A DNA stretch of 64,000 nucleotides. It comes from Oceanispirochaeta sp. (lineage in GTDB: Bacteria > Spirochaetota > Spirochaetia > DSM-2461). Shown piece by piece: positions 37,578 through 47,673 of the stretch. The notes beneath the pieces were generated by a model that did no database searches, was not told the DNA's origin, and worked only from the letters and a program-made list of their open reading frames with translations. The position numbers were made by a program, and so were the translations under genes. The stretch is taken from NCBI GenBank assembly GCA_963666275.2, contig CAXXOA010000002.1:64001-128000 (forward strand). Reading direction: 5' to 3'. Numbering within the stretch: position 1 is the stretch's first letter; every line of letters begins with the position of its first letter.

Positions 37578-38198
37578 ATGACGATTGCGGCGCTTTCCGG
37601 TTTTTCCGCTGCCATGTTCGTTCTGGCAGCATCTCCCGGCCCGGGAGTATTGGCAGTGATAAGTCAGTCTCTGTCATCCGGGCTGAGAAAAAGCCTCTAT
37701 ATTGTCGCCGGAATCGTCACTGGTGATCTTCTCTATCTGATTTTTGCCCTTACAGGACTGACCTATATTGCCAGAAACATGGACTTCCTTTTCCTGCTCA
37801 TCCGCCTGGCAGGTGGTTTCTATCTTATCCTGATGGGACTAAGAGCTGTGTTCGGCAAAGAATCATCCGATTCAGAAGAGAGCCGGACTTCCGGAAAAGG
37901 GTCTCCGTCCAGGATCTATCTGAGCGGTCTGACGGTCACACTCTCCAATCCGAAGGCCATACTTTTCTACTGCGGATTTCTACCGGCTTTTACCGATCTG
38001 ACAGGGTTAACATTCCGGGATGGTTTTATCATTTCTGTTCTGATAACCCTCATACTGGGGAGCGTTATGATATTCTATGCTTTTCTGGCGGCTTCGGCAG
38101 GACAGAGACTGAGTTCTCCGAAAGGGAAAAAATGGCTGAACCGGGGAGCCGGCAGTATCATGACACTGGCAGGAACCATGCTGATTGTAAAAAAATAG
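37578..38198 (+). CDS. LysE/RhtB-family amino acid exporter
   Basis: SPGP, GD, LSNPKAILF motifs; hydrophobic. Confidence 0.92.
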   Translation: MTIAALSGFSAAMFVLAASPGPGVLAVISQSLSSGLRKSLYIVAGIVTGDLLYLIFALTGLTYIARNMDFLFLLIRLAGGFYLILMGLRAVFGKESSDSEESRTSGKGSPSRIYLSGLTVTLSNPKAILFYCGFLPAFTDLTGLTFRDGFIISVLITLILGSVMIFYAFLAASAGQRLSSPKGKKWLNRGAGSIMTLAGTMLIVKK

Positions 38199-38213
38199 GA
38201 ATGAAGTGCCCCT

Positions 38214-38693
38214 CTAATCATCCTGGCTGAGGATCCTATCCAGCAGAACACAGGCAAATGAAATCATATTCTTGCAGGTGGACTCGAAGATTTCCGATTC
38301 CCGGACTTTCTGCAGACCACCGGGTTCATGGAAATTCACCCCTACCAGTTCCAGGCAGTTGACGGAGTGGTATTTCTTCTCGAAAGTTTTAATAAAAGTC
38401 TGGGTTTTTTCAAAAATGAGCTGTCTGCTTCCGAAAATTTCTTCATCCGAATAGTAGTAGTTCCCTATAACCATTGCCGCACCTGTAATAATACCGCAAA
38501 CAGACTGAACAGTCCCGAGACCGTAACCGAAGGCAGACGCATTCCTGAGGGCCGCATCCTTATCCATTCCGATTTTTTCACTGAAAGCAAACAGGATGGA
38601 CTGAGAACTGTTGTACCCTTTTCTATGAAGAGAAATCGCCTTTTCCGCAGCGCTGAGGAGCTTTGTCGATTTTAATGCCTGAGTACCCGCCAT
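38214..38693 (-). CDS. C-GCAxxG-C-C family putative redox protein (first Cys absent)
   Basis: GYNSSQS, FGYG, VCG, SVNC, STC pattern. Confidence 0.75.
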   Translation of the reverse strand: MAGTQALKSTKLLSAAEKAISLHRKGYNSSQSILFAFSEKIGMDKDAALRNASAFGYGLGTVQSVCGIITGAAMVIGNYYYSDEEIFGSRQLIFEKTQTFIKTFEKKYHSVNCLELVGVNFHEPGGLQKVRESEIFESTCKNMISFACVLLDRILSQDD

Positions 38694-38908
38694 AGAAAAA
38701 CCGCCTTTCAGGATCTAGTGATCCATTAATAATAGGACGGGTGTAGACGGAAGACAATACAACTTTAGTTCCATAATCTTTTTTTTTAATATTTCATTAA
38801 TATAATCAGAAAGGGATGAGACAAAAAAGTAAATAAAATCCACAGAAAAGGGAGTATATCTCCGGAACAGATCCCCTGCTTCGGGCTCAGCTCCGGAGAG
38901 TAAAGGGT

Positions 38909-39973
38909 TTATTTATCCGAAAAGAATTCCGCTGCGGCTTTCACCTGCTGGGAAGCACCCTTTTTACAGACAAGGAGTTTTCCCTTTTCCATGACCACAA
39001 TAAGGTCATCAACTCCGCAGAAGGCCACGGGGATATCTCCGTAGACGAAATTCCCTGATCCTCCTGTTTCGAATACAGGCTGTCTGGAGGGGGGATTCAG
39101 CTGAGCGATAACATCCCAGCTACCCACATCGTTCCAGTCAAACCCGGCGCTGACCATGGCAATCTTCCCGCTCTTTTCCATCAGGGCATAATCGATACTG
39201 TCTCTGGGCAGGCCTTTATAAAGCTCAGTCAGCTGAGCATCGGGATTCACAAAGGTGACTTTACCGGAAACTTCTCCGGCAGGGAATGGGAATCCCTTTT
39301 CAAAGGGCAGGACCATCTCCGGAGTACCCGCTTTCAGTTCCTCTGTAAAAGTATCAAGCCTGTAGGTAAACATTCCGGAATTCCAGAAGAAGTTTCCTGC
39401 ATTCAGGAACTCTTCCGCAGTTTTCTGATCCGGCTTCTCCTTAAAAGAGAGAACCCTGTAACCGGGGGCTTCTTTCTCTCCCGCTTCAATATATCCGTAA
39501 CCGGTTGAAGGGAAGCCCGGTTTGATGCCGAAAACCACAAGAAACCCTTTCTCCGCCAGCAAAGAGGCATCTTCCGCATCTTTGCCGAAGGCCTCTACAT
39601 TCTCTATCAGATGATCCGCCGCCAGAACGAGAACAACGGCCCTGTCATTTCCGCCCGCTTTCTTCAGCCAGGCGGCTGCATAGGAAAGAGCCGGTGCTGT
39701 GTTGCGGGCTTCTGGTTCCGCCAGGAGAATCAGCTTGCTTCTGATCTCTTCCGGCAGGGAGGAGGCATCCTCCAGCGCCGCGGGGACATGATCCTTGTGG
39801 GTAACCACAACAATTTTTCCGGAGAGATTCAGCGAAGCTGCCCTTTCCACCGTGGAGCAGAAGAGAGAAGACTCTCCCTGTACTGTCATAAACTGCTTGG
39901 GCCGTTCCGCGTGTGAGGCGGGCCAAAGTCGTTTTCCTGCTCCGCCTGCCATAATAATTACATGATCAATCAA
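38909..39973 (-). CDS. manC: Mannose-1-phosphate guanylyltransferase (no cupin/PMI domain)
   Basis: MAGGAGKRLWP..PKQF, EPEARNTAP, DH, GYGYI, FKEKP, WNSGMF, SIDYALME, WNDVGSW. Confidence 0.92.
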   Translation of the reverse strand: MIDHVIIMAGGAGKRLWPASHAERPKQFMTVQGESSLFCSTVERAASLNLSGKIVVVTHKDHVPAALEDASSLPEEIRSKLILLAEPEARNTAPALSYAAAWLKKAGGNDRAVVLVLAADHLIENVEAFGKDAEDASLLAEKGFLVVFGIKPGFPSTGYGYIEAGEKEAPGYRVLSFKEKPDQKTAEEFLNAGNFFWNSGMFTYRLDTFTEELKAGTPEMVLPFEKGFPFPAGEVSGKVTFVNPDAQLTELYKGLPRDSIDYALMEKSGKIAMVSAGFDWNDVGSWDVIAQLNPPSRQPVFETGGSGNFVYGDIPVAFCGVDDLIVVMEKGKLLVCKKGASQQVKAAAEFFSDK

Positions 39974-40092
39974 AATAATCCTTCCTTGTTTAATTCTTCT
40001 AATCGGGATCTAAATTTCATCAGGAACGCTCGACTAATGTCTCTATCCATTATAATATTGGAAATTATCTTGAATTTCTACAGGAGACTTAT

Positions 40093-41178
40093 ATGGCTTT
40101 TACGCTGTCCATCTACCCCTGGGTATACGTTGGAAAATATGAAAATACTTGGACCGGAAAATACTTGGAACAGGAACATCTGACACCTGAAGAAGAGGCC
40201 CGGCTCAGCGAAAAAGACCATAGTGCTCTGATGGAAAAAAGGAACTCTTTTCCTGAGCTCCCGCTGGTAAACTATACCAGTCAGTACGGGATGGGCTGTT
40301 TCGAAGGTGCCAAGGCCCTGCCCCAGAAAGACGGCGGCCTGAAGGTGTTCCGCCCTGAAGAAAATGCGAAACGGATGGCCAGATCCATGGAAGGCCTCCA
40401 CATGCCTCCTGTAGATGTTGACTTCTGTACAGATGCGATCCTCGGAGTCCCCGGAAGAAACGAAAAACTGGGATTTTCCGTACAATACGACAGTGCCTGG
40501 GAAAAGGACAACTTTCTGAATGCCGGATCCATCTACCTGAGACCTTTTACATGGTCAGAACCGGGAATCGGAATCGGCCTGGCTCAGAAACCCTGGCTGG
40601 TTGTTGTCTCCACTCCTGTATCCGCCTATTTCACCTCATCCAATTTTGATGCGGTCACCACGGATATGATCCGGGCCACCCCGAAGGGAACAGGATGGAT
40701 CAAATGCGACGCCAATTATGTAATCCCCGCCCTGGCAAAGAAAAAAGCCGGTGAAAAGGGATACATGGAGGCTATTTTCCTGGACTCCAGAGAGGGGAAA
40801 TACATTGAAGAAGGTTCCTCCTGCAACTTCTTCTGCCTGACTTCAGAGGGAACTCTTGTCACTCCCGAACTGGGAGATACAATTCTGCCCGGTATCACAA
40901 GAAAGAGTATTATCCAGCTGGCACAGGACAGAGGTATAAAGGTAGAGGAGAGAAAACTCTCCATTGAAGAGGTTCAGGACAGCGCAGCAGAATGCTTTGT
41001 CACCGGAACAGCTGCCGGCATAACACCCATAACCTCCATAACCCATCGGGGAAGGAAAAGTGTTTTCGGAAACGGAGATCCCCAGGAACTGACCATGTCT
41101 CTTCTTCAGGAACTCAAAGGGATTCAGTACGGTGTGATAGAAGACCGTTACGGATGGATGGTTCCTGTAAAAAGCTGA
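40093..41178 (+). CDS. ilvE: Branched-chain amino acid aminotransferase (fold-type IV)
   Basis: CFEGAKA, YLRP, IKCDANY (PLP Lys), EEGSSCN, ILPGITR, GTAA. Confidence 0.88.
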   Translation: MAFTLSIYPWVYVGKYENTWTGKYLEQEHLTPEEEARLSEKDHSALMEKRNSFPELPLVNYTSQYGMGCFEGAKALPQKDGGLKVFRPEENAKRMARSMEGLHMPPVDVDFCTDAILGVPGRNEKLGFSVQYDSAWEKDNFLNAGSIYLRPFTWSEPGIGIGLAQKPWLVVVSTPVSAYFTSSNFDAVTTDMIRATPKGTGWIKCDANYVIPALAKKKAGEKGYMEAIFLDSREGKYIEEGSSCNFFCLTSEGTLVTPELGDTILPGITRKSIIQLAQDRGIKVEERKLSIEEVQDSAAECFVTGTAAGITPITSITHRGRKSVFGNGDPQELTMSLLQELKGIQYGVIEDRYGWMVPVKS

Positions 41179-41219
41179 GTTCATTCCATTCTATAGAGAG
41201 ATTATACAGCCAGAAAGAA

Positions 41220-41248
41220 GGCCTCCCGGGAAGGGAGGCCGTTTTTTT
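41220..41248 (+). terminator. Rho-independent terminator after ilvE
   Basis: GGCCTCCC-GGGAA-GGGAGGCC followed by T7. Confidence 0.85.
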
Positions 41249-44200
41249 CAGTTATTCAGCAGGAGTTTTTCCGGATCCCGGGGAATTTCATCCATCATAT
41301 AGATATCTGTTTCAGGGAGAGGCCTCAGAAGCGCCATGGTATTGAGAAAAACCAGACTCTCCTCTGGTCTTGTTCTGACACCCGTATTGGGATCCCTGTC
41401 GATCCTGTCCGCATAGTCTGCGGCTTTTGTCAGATACACAAGAGCCTGACTCTGTCTCTGGGGATCCCGGCTCCTTGTGGAGAGCTGATACTCCACATAC
41501 CCCAGATTATTGTAGACCATGATAAAATAGTTCACCAGAGATCGGTGCTCAATGATATCTTCCGGAGCCAGATAGGGAAGACTGCTCTCTTCCAGTTTCA
41601 GGTCCCTGAGCAGATCATTATACATACTCCTGGCTCCGAAAAGGTTGTGTCGTTTCAGCATGGTATTGGCCAGAGCAAAACGGGAGCCCCTTTTATTCTG
41701 TAGTGCTCCTACAGCCTTTTCAAATTCCAGCACGGCCTGATCGTACTCTTCTCTGTCGTAAAGCACATACCCTTTTTTGTAGGACAGATTCCCCGATGTA
41801 TACTGATTTTGTTCAGCCAGGGTGAAATATTCCAGTGCGCCGCCCAGATCGTTATGCACATCAAAAAGAAGATTACCCATATCGGCATAAAGGAGACCGA
41901 CATTTTCCCGGGAACCGACCATTCCCCGCAAACGGCTGTTTTCAAGAAGCTGAATACCCATGATAAATTCATTTTCAGCCATATCGTAGTTGCCTTCCAC
42001 CATCTGAAGCTCTCCCCTTCTCCGGTGGATATCAATATTCATATACAATTCATCCCCGGTCAGCAGGGATTTCTGGTCCAGGTAGAACAGAGCCTTCTGG
42101 AGAGCCGATTTCTCCTGTCCCGTGTTATAGGTTTTATTGAAGTACCTTGCCAGCTGGTAGTGAACCTCCGGAACAGTAGCATCCAGCTCCTCCGCCCGGA
42201 AGAGATAGTCCTTGGCTTCGGAGACTTCGTTGGTATCGATAAAGTATCCACCCAGTTTGGCAATGGTTTCAGAAGCGTAATAGGGATCTGCCTTGATGGA
42301 GCCTTTGGACTGAAAAACCCCTCCCATCATCCTGATATTCTGATCATCCCGGCGGATCAGGAAGTAGCGCAGCATCCGAAGAACAACTTCGTCCCGGTTA
42401 TTGTACCTGGCCATGACACTGGCATACTGATAACGGGCATCTTCCAGTTTGGAGGGGTCTTCATGAGCCCATTCCAGATAGTTATCTCCCAGAGCCAGCA
42501 TAAGATCATAATTGTACATATCCTGATCAAGCCCCATAGAGAGGATTTCAGCGGACCTGGCATACTCACCCTTTTCCCTGGTAAGAAACTTTCCGAACTC
42601 CAGGTAACCATCCACATAGTCCCTGTATTCACCTATGAGGCCTTCATACATTTCCTGGGCATTGTTGTAGCTTCTCTGATCACTGAAAGCCTCGGCATAA
42701 TCCAGGAACTGTCCCTTCAGAGGCCATCCTTCAATATCGAGGAAATTCATAATGGTCCATCCGAAATAGGCCTTATTGAAATACTCTTTGGCTTCATCAA
42801 ATTCAAGTTCCTCGATTTTATCCAGGCCCTGGTTATAAAAGACAAGAGCCTGAAGCGGTCTGTAGAGGAATTGAAAACTCAGATAGACAAGAAATCCCAG
42901 TCCCACAAGGATCAGAGAAATAATTCGGAGAAGAGGCCAGCCCTTTTCTTTGAACTGATAGATAAATCCGGTTTTCTTTTGTTCAAAGACCCTGCCGCTC
43001 TGCCTCTGGTATCCTTTAGGGAGCGGTATCTTTTTACCGGTTATATTAAAAAATTCATTGGCAATAATCCGGGGAGTACTGCCTTTGATGAGGAGTTCTA
43101 TTAACTTCTTATAGCGCTCACTTGTAAGATCAGCCTCCGAGAGCGCATCCTGAATATTGAGCTTAAGATTGAGAGGAAGGGCTCTGAGAGAATCCTGAAG
43201 AGATTCCATATTCTCTTCTGAAATTTCAAACAGATCCTCATCTTCGATCAGATCTTCCTGATCCTCCATAAGGAAGGTGTCATCCAGAGTATCAAGACTG
43301 TCCAGAGAAGCTTCCAGATCGTCGTCAAAGTTGATCCCTTCCTGAAAGTTGAACTGATCTCCCAGATCCCCCATGGAGAACTGCATGGCACTGTCATCAT
43401 CATCCATGGACAGATCATCCATACCGCCTATTTCCGGGATCTCCTCGTCGGGAGAGGTAAGATCAATCTCTTCGTCCGGTGATGTGAGATCAAACTCCTC
43501 GGGAGAATCATCGAGTTCACTGAGGTCAACCTCTTCAGGTTCTTCAATACCGGCATCCTCAGAAACAGAAAGATCTCCCAGTTCCTGAATCTCTTCAGCA
43601 TCCTCTTCAGAAGACCCTGATGATCCCATACCCGGCAATCCAAGATCTCCGAAGCCCTCCAGATCCTCGTCTGAAGCGGAAAGAGAGTCCAGATCTCCGA
43701 AGCTGCTCAGATCATCCAGGTCATCGAACCCTCCCGGCCCTTCTTCAAAGGCACTGTCATCAACAGGCTCCTCTCCAAGATCTTCCATCTCTCCGAGATC
43801 TTCCATCTCTCCGAGATCTTCCATCTCTCCGAGATCTTCCATCCCGCCGAGATCTTCCATCTCTCCGAGATCTTCCATCCCTCCGAGATCTTCCATCTCT
43901 CCGAGATCTTCCATCTCTCCGAGATCTTCCATCTCACCGAGATCTTCCATCCCGCCGAGATCTTCCATCTCACCGAGATCTTCCATCCCGCCGAGATCTT
44001 CCATCCCTCCGAGATCTTCCATCCCTCCGAGATCTTCCATCCCTCCAAGATCTTCCATCCCGCCGAGATCATCCATCCCGCCGAGATCATCCATCCCGCC
44101 GAGATCATCCATCCCGCCGAGATCTTCCATCCCGTCAGAATCATCGGAGAGCCCCAGTCCTGCCAGAGCTTCAATCCCTGCCAGCTCCTCCATATCAAAA

Positions 44201-44442
44201 GAGCTGTCACTCTCCGAAGGCGCTGTTTCAGGGCTGTCATCTTCAAACCCGGCCTGACCCAGAAGTTCATCAAGAGAGAGATCCTCCCCGTCAAACTGGT
44301 CCATACCCAGGGTTTCTTCAAGAGATGGTTCAGGGGGCTGAACGTCTTCGATCTCTTCACCGAGACCGGCAAGGACAGCGGGTTCGTCTCCCCATTGGTT
44401 AATTGTGTTTTTAAAACTCTCTATGTCTTCTCGGCTTGGCAT
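41248..44442 (-). CDS. flcA: Periplasmic flagellar collar protein FlcA-like (acidic N-terminus, one TM, C-terminal TPRs)
   Basis: MPSREDIESFK...DEP start, long Asp/Glu-rich region, LPLNLKLNIQD, a single TM, then TPR-like helices. This architecture matches my recollection of spirochete FlcA. Confidence 0.7.
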   Translation of the reverse strand: MPSREDIESFKNTINQWGDEPAVLAGLGEEIEDVQPPEPSLEETLGMDQFDGEDLSLDELLGQAGFEDDSPETAPSESDSSFDMEELAGIEALAGLGLSDDSDGMEDLGGMDDLGGMDDLGGMDDLGGMEDLGGMEDLGGMEDLGGMEDLGGMEDLGEMEDLGGMEDLGEMEDLGEMEDLGEMEDLGGMEDLGEMEDLGGMEDLGEMEDLGEMEDLGEMEDLGEEPVDDSAFEEGPGGFDDLDDLSSFGDLDSLSASDEDLEGFGDLGLPGMGSSGSSEEDAEEIQELGDLSVSEDAGIEEPEEVDLSELDDSPEEFDLTSPDEEIDLTSPDEEIPEIGGMDDLSMDDDDSAMQFSMGDLGDQFNFQEGINFDDDLEASLDSLDTLDDTFLMEDQEDLIEDEDLFEISEENMESLQDSLRALPLNLKLNIQDALSEADLTSERYKKLIELLIKGSTPRIIANEFFNITGKKIPLPKGYQRQSGRVFEQKKTGFIYQFKEKGWPLLRIISLILVGLGFLVYLSFQFLYRPLQALVFYNQGLDKIEELEFDEAKEYFNKAYFGWTIMNFLDIEGWPLKGQFLDYAEAFSDQRSYNNAQEMYEGLIGEYRDYVDGYLEFGKFLTREKGEYARSAEILSMGLDQDMYNYDLMLALGDNYLEWAHEDPSKLEDARYQYASVMARYNNRDEVVLRMLRYFLIRRDDQNIRMMGGVFQSKGSIKADPYYASETIAKLGGYFIDTNEVSEAKDYLFRAEELDATVPEVHYQLARYFNKTYNTGQEKSALQKALFYLDQKSLLTGDELYMNIDIHRRRGELQMVEGNYDMAENEFIMGIQLLENSRLRGMVGSRENVGLLYADMGNLLFDVHNDLGGALEYFTLAEQNQYTSGNLSYKKGYVLYDREEYDQAVLEFEKAVGALQNKRGSRFALANTMLKRHNLFGARSMYNDLLRDLKLEESSLPYLAPEDIIEHRSLVNYFIMVYNNLGYVEYQLSTRSRDPQRQSQALVYLTKAADYADRIDRDPNTGVRTRPEESLVFLNTMALLRPLPETDIYMMDEIPRDPEKLLLNN
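43771..44130 (-). repeat. Coding tandem repeat, 20 x 18 bp, encoding M(E/D)DLG(G/E)
   Basis: Twenty contiguous units of about GAGATCTTCCATC(C/T)C(G/T)CC on the + strand, counted from the translation. Confidence 0.95.
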
Positions 44443-44620
44443 ATAAATCCCATCTTCATATGATTTTCGGCATTTATTCAAGGGAGCAAAAGTTTTTTCA
44501 AAGCCAGGTCAACTTCCGGAGGAAAAAAACCGAAATTCTAAGAACACAGCATTGAAATCCAACACATGAAATAAACAGACCTGAAAGAGAAAGCGATTTC
44601 GGGAAGACAGGAATTCTAAT

Positions 44621-45313
44621 ATGAGAAAACAGCTGCTATCACTTCTACTGCCTCTGATGCTTCTGGGACAGATTCAGGCCCTGGAAATTCAGGATGTCCA
44701 GCTCCATCTGAAAATTACAGGGATGACAGAAGCAAAAGCACCGGAGATCTGGCGGGAATATCTGATACTGACCTATAAGCCGGAAAAACCGATACGGTAT
44801 GTGGGAGCCGCTTTTTCAACAGAAGACTTCCGGGAAATCCATAACTATATGTACAACAGCAACGGAATCTACTTTCTGATTCTCCCTGCCCCCGCAGAAG
44901 AGCTGATTACCTATCGTCTTGTTGTAGACGGCATCTGGGAGACAGATCCTCAGAACCCCCGGACACAGTCCGACAGAAACGGCCTACTCCTTTCAAAACT
45001 GGAATTCAGTCAGCCGGCCGAATCAGGTTCTCTGAGCCCCGTACTGATGGACAGCTCCAGGGTCAGGTTTCATATCAGGACATCTCCTGGCCGGCAGGTT
45101 TATCTGGCTGGTGATTTTAATAACTGGGACCCCTATATGACCGATATGGATGAAATTGAACCGGGAACCTACAGTGTGACCCTGAATATAAAACCGGGAC
45201 GATACGGGTATTACTACCTCATAGACGGAGAGCCGCTGACCGATCCGCTCAATTTCCAGAAATCCAGATCAAATGCGGGGGAGGATATATCCATCCTCTA
45301 TATTCCCGGCTGA
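44621..45313 (+). CDS. Secreted protein with tandem glycogen-binding (CBM48/AMPK-beta-like) domains
   Basis: Signal peptide; YRLVVDGIWETDPQNP; VYLAGDFNNWDP...YYYLIDGEPLTDPLN. Confidence 0.78.
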   Translation: MRKQLLSLLLPLMLLGQIQALEIQDVQLHLKITGMTEAKAPEIWREYLILTYKPEKPIRYVGAAFSTEDFREIHNYMYNSNGIYFLILPAPAEELITYRLVVDGIWETDPQNPRTQSDRNGLLLSKLEFSQPAESGSLSPVLMDSSRVRFHIRTSPGRQVYLAGDFNNWDPYMTDMDEIEPGTYSVTLNIKPGRYGYYYLIDGEPLTDPLNFQKSRSNAGEDISILYIPG

Positions 45314-46278
45314 ATCCCCCGGGGGACCTGAAACACCGGTGCCCCTTCCACAAGAGCTGCATAGGCATTCATGGCCGTTTTCCGTTTAAGATCCACCACG
45401 GACTGTTCGCTGAAATAGGCTTCATGGTCGGTTAAAACAACATTATCCAGAGACAGAAGCGGATTCCCCTGATCCGGGGGTTCAGATTCAAAAACATCCA
45501 GGGCCGCCGCTCTCAGCGGACCTGATGTCAGGGCTTTATACAGAGCTTTTTCGCAAAGAAGACCACCCCTGGCTGTATTGACCAGAACACTACCCGGTTT
45601 CATGGCCATCAGCTGCTCTTCCCCCAGAAGGCCTCTTGTTTCCTCGTTCAGAGGGAGATGGATCGTCAGATAGTCGGAGGAGGAGATCAGTTCCTCCAGA
45701 GAAACCGCAAGGGCGCCGTTCTCCAGGATCTGTCCGGGTTTGAGGCTGCGGGAACAGACGAGTATCCGGGAAAACCCGAATCCCCCCACCTGCCGATGCA
45801 TGGCCTGTCCGGTCTGACCGTACCCCAGAATGCCCAGATTGGATCCATTGATCCTGTGGATCCGATGGCCCGGAGAGTCCCGCCAGTGCCCTTTTCTGAC
45901 AAGACTGTGACGCTGGGGAATCCGGCGGGCACAGCTCAAAAGAAGAGCCGCCGCATGTTCCGCCACCTCTGTGACGCAGTAATCCGGAACAATCCCCACA
46001 GGGATTCCTTTTTCAGCTGCCGCAGCAACATCCACATTGTCGTAGCCGATACCGTAGCGGGAAATGATCCGGCATCTGTCCAGAGATTCAATCAGTTCTC
46101 TGTCAATCCGGGCCATATTGACCAGAAGGGCATCGGCTCCTTTCACAACCTTCAGAAGCTCATCCCTTTTCAGATGCCTGTAGGATTCCAGTACAAAGCG
46201 GTCATCAGAAAAAACCTCTTCCTCCTCATGGGTGTGATCAAAAAGGTTATCTGTTATAACTATGCGGTATCGACTCAT
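45298..46278 (-). CDS. CtBP-like D-2-hydroxyacid dehydrogenase
   Basis: RYGIGYDNVD, VPDYCVTEVAEH, GILGYGQTG, NTARGG, ALDVFESEP. Start chosen at ATG 46278. Confidence 0.88.
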   Translation of the reverse strand: MSRYRIVITDNLFDHTHEEEEVFSDDRFVLESYRHLKRDELLKVVKGADALLVNMARIDRELIESLDRCRIISRYGIGYDNVDVAAAAEKGIPVGIVPDYCVTEVAEHAAALLLSCARRIPQRHSLVRKGHWRDSPGHRIHRINGSNLGILGYGQTGQAMHRQVGGFGFSRILVCSRSLKPGQILENGALAVSLEELISSSDYLTIHLPLNEETRGLLGEEQLMAMKPGSVLVNTARGGLLCEKALYKALTSGPLRAAALDVFESEPPDQGNPLLSLDNVVLTDHEAYFSEQSVVDLKRKTAMNAYAALVEGAPVFQVPRGIQPGI

Positions 46279-46324
46279 AGAGGGAGTATAGACCAAGAGG
46301 TTTGATCTGGCAATTCCGGGAACT

Positions 46325-46642
46325 CTACTCGTTTTCGATGGTCACCGAGACATCCTTCGGAAGAGCCAGGGAAGCTGCGGCCTCAATCGTTTTTAGAATC
46401 CCCATAGGGACGGGGCAGGCGGCATGGGAGCAGTGCTCCACAGCGAGCTTGTAAACCGGAGAATCAGTCATTTTTCCGAATACAGCCGAAAAGGCATCCA
46501 CTTCCTGAAGGGATTCTGCTATTTTCTGAATATCCGGACAGTCCGATCTGATCTGAAGCGAGACATTCTGTCCGTCACGGCTTTCCGCTTTTACTGTTGT
46601 TTTGAATCCGCATGCACCTGCATTGATTACCGATTTAGTCAT
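46325..46642 (-). CDS. Small Cys-containing conserved hypothetical protein
   Basis: 105 aa with GACG, SDC and HCSHAACPVP; AGGAG SD. Confidence 0.7.
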   Translation of the reverse strand: MTKSVINAGACGFKTTVKAESRDGQNVSLQIRSDCPDIQKIAESLQEVDAFSAVFGKMTDSPVYKLAVEHCSHAACPVPMGILKTIEAAASLALPKDVSVTIENE

Positions 46643-46785
46643 GAGATCTCCTGAGACATTAGAATATAGATATAATTATAGCTCCCGTATGTTCGGGAAA
46701 GCTCAGAAAAAATCAGGGATTTTTTGGAATATTCCGACAGGGAAGAGCCTGTACCGGCCCTCTCCTGCCTATTGGGCAGAATAAA

Positions 46786-47241
46786 CTACTGGTCATCCGG
46801 ATCGGGACAGCCCGGGGCGGGCCCGGCAATGGAGTGGGGTCTTGAAACCTGATCGAAGTCTTCCAGCTGGGAACGGAGAGTGTCCATTTTCGGCAGAGGA
46901 GTCTTCTCCCCTTTGCAGGCGATACTGACAAAGGTCACGATTGTGGAAAACACAAGTTTTTCCTGAGTGGCTCCCGGTTCATCTGCAAAGACATCCACCT
47001 GATAGCGGGCGCTGCTGGTTCCCTGATCCACGGGAAGGATATGAAACCTGAGGATCGATCCGTTGACAACGGACTCTTCAAAGCTGATCCGGTCCATCCC
47101 CCTGGTGACCAGCCTGTACCCGGGAAAATCCCGGGAAGCTGTCAGCCAGGCGAATTCATCGACCCAGAAGAGCATCTGCCCTCCGAAAAGATATCCGTGA
47201 TGATTAAGATGCTCCGAGCGGACTGAGGTATAGGTGTTCAA
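46786..47241 (-). CDS. Acyl-CoA thioesterase (HotDog fold, YciA-like)
   Basis: HLNHHGYLFGGQMLFWVDE motif. Confidence 0.88.
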   Translation of the reverse strand: MNTYTSVRSEHLNHHGYLFGGQMLFWVDEFAWLTASRDFPGYRLVTRGMDRISFEESVVNGSILRFHILPVDQGTSSARYQVDVFADEPGATQEKLVFSTIVTFVSIACKGEKTPLPKMDTLRSQLEDFDQVSRPHSIAGPAPGCPDPDDQ

Positions 47242-47654
47242 AAGGCGGTGATGGCCTCCATCCCGTTACTCCTGATGATATCAAGACCATGATCGATGTC
47301 CTCAACCTTGAACATAATGACAACTTTTCCCTCTTCCATCATCAAGGTGGAGTAAAGGTACTCGATATTGACGCTGTTCTTCTCAAAGATCTCCATCACG
47401 TCATGAAGGGCGCCGGGTTTATCATCCAGACGGACTCCGATAACTTCTGTCACCCGGGCTGTGAAGTTGTGGCTCTGCAGGAGCTCCAGAGTCTTTTCAG
47501 GCTGCTCCGAGATAATCCTGAGGATGCCGAAATCCGCGGTGTCCGCAATGGTCATAGCCTTCAGGGAGATATCCCCTTCTGCCATAATGCGTGTTACTTC
47601 GGCCAGACGGCCGTTTTTATTTTCAAGAAAGACTGAAATCTGTTTTACTTTCAT
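47238..47654 (-). CDS. Tandem ACT-domain protein
   Basis: QISVFLENKNGRL..ADTADFGILR and DDKPGAL..NIEYLY. Start chosen at ATG 47654. Confidence 0.9.
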   Translation of the reverse strand: MKVKQISVFLENKNGRLAEVTRIMAEGDISLKAMTIADTADFGILRIISEQPEKTLELLQSHNFTARVTEVIGVRLDDKPGALHDVMEIFEKNSVNIEYLYSTLMMEEGKVVIMFKVEDIDHGLDIIRSNGMEAITAF

Positions 47655-47673
47655 CAGTGGTCTCCTTCTGCTT

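Noticed and set aside
43771..44130. CRISPR array
   Set aside because: The units are contiguous 18-mers with no unique spacers, in frame within a CDS, and no cas genes are present.
43620..44402. Overlapping ORFs 43620..44402 (+) and 43707..44372 (-) with repetitive peptides
   Set aside because: They are alternative-frame readings of the stop-free 18-bp repeat.
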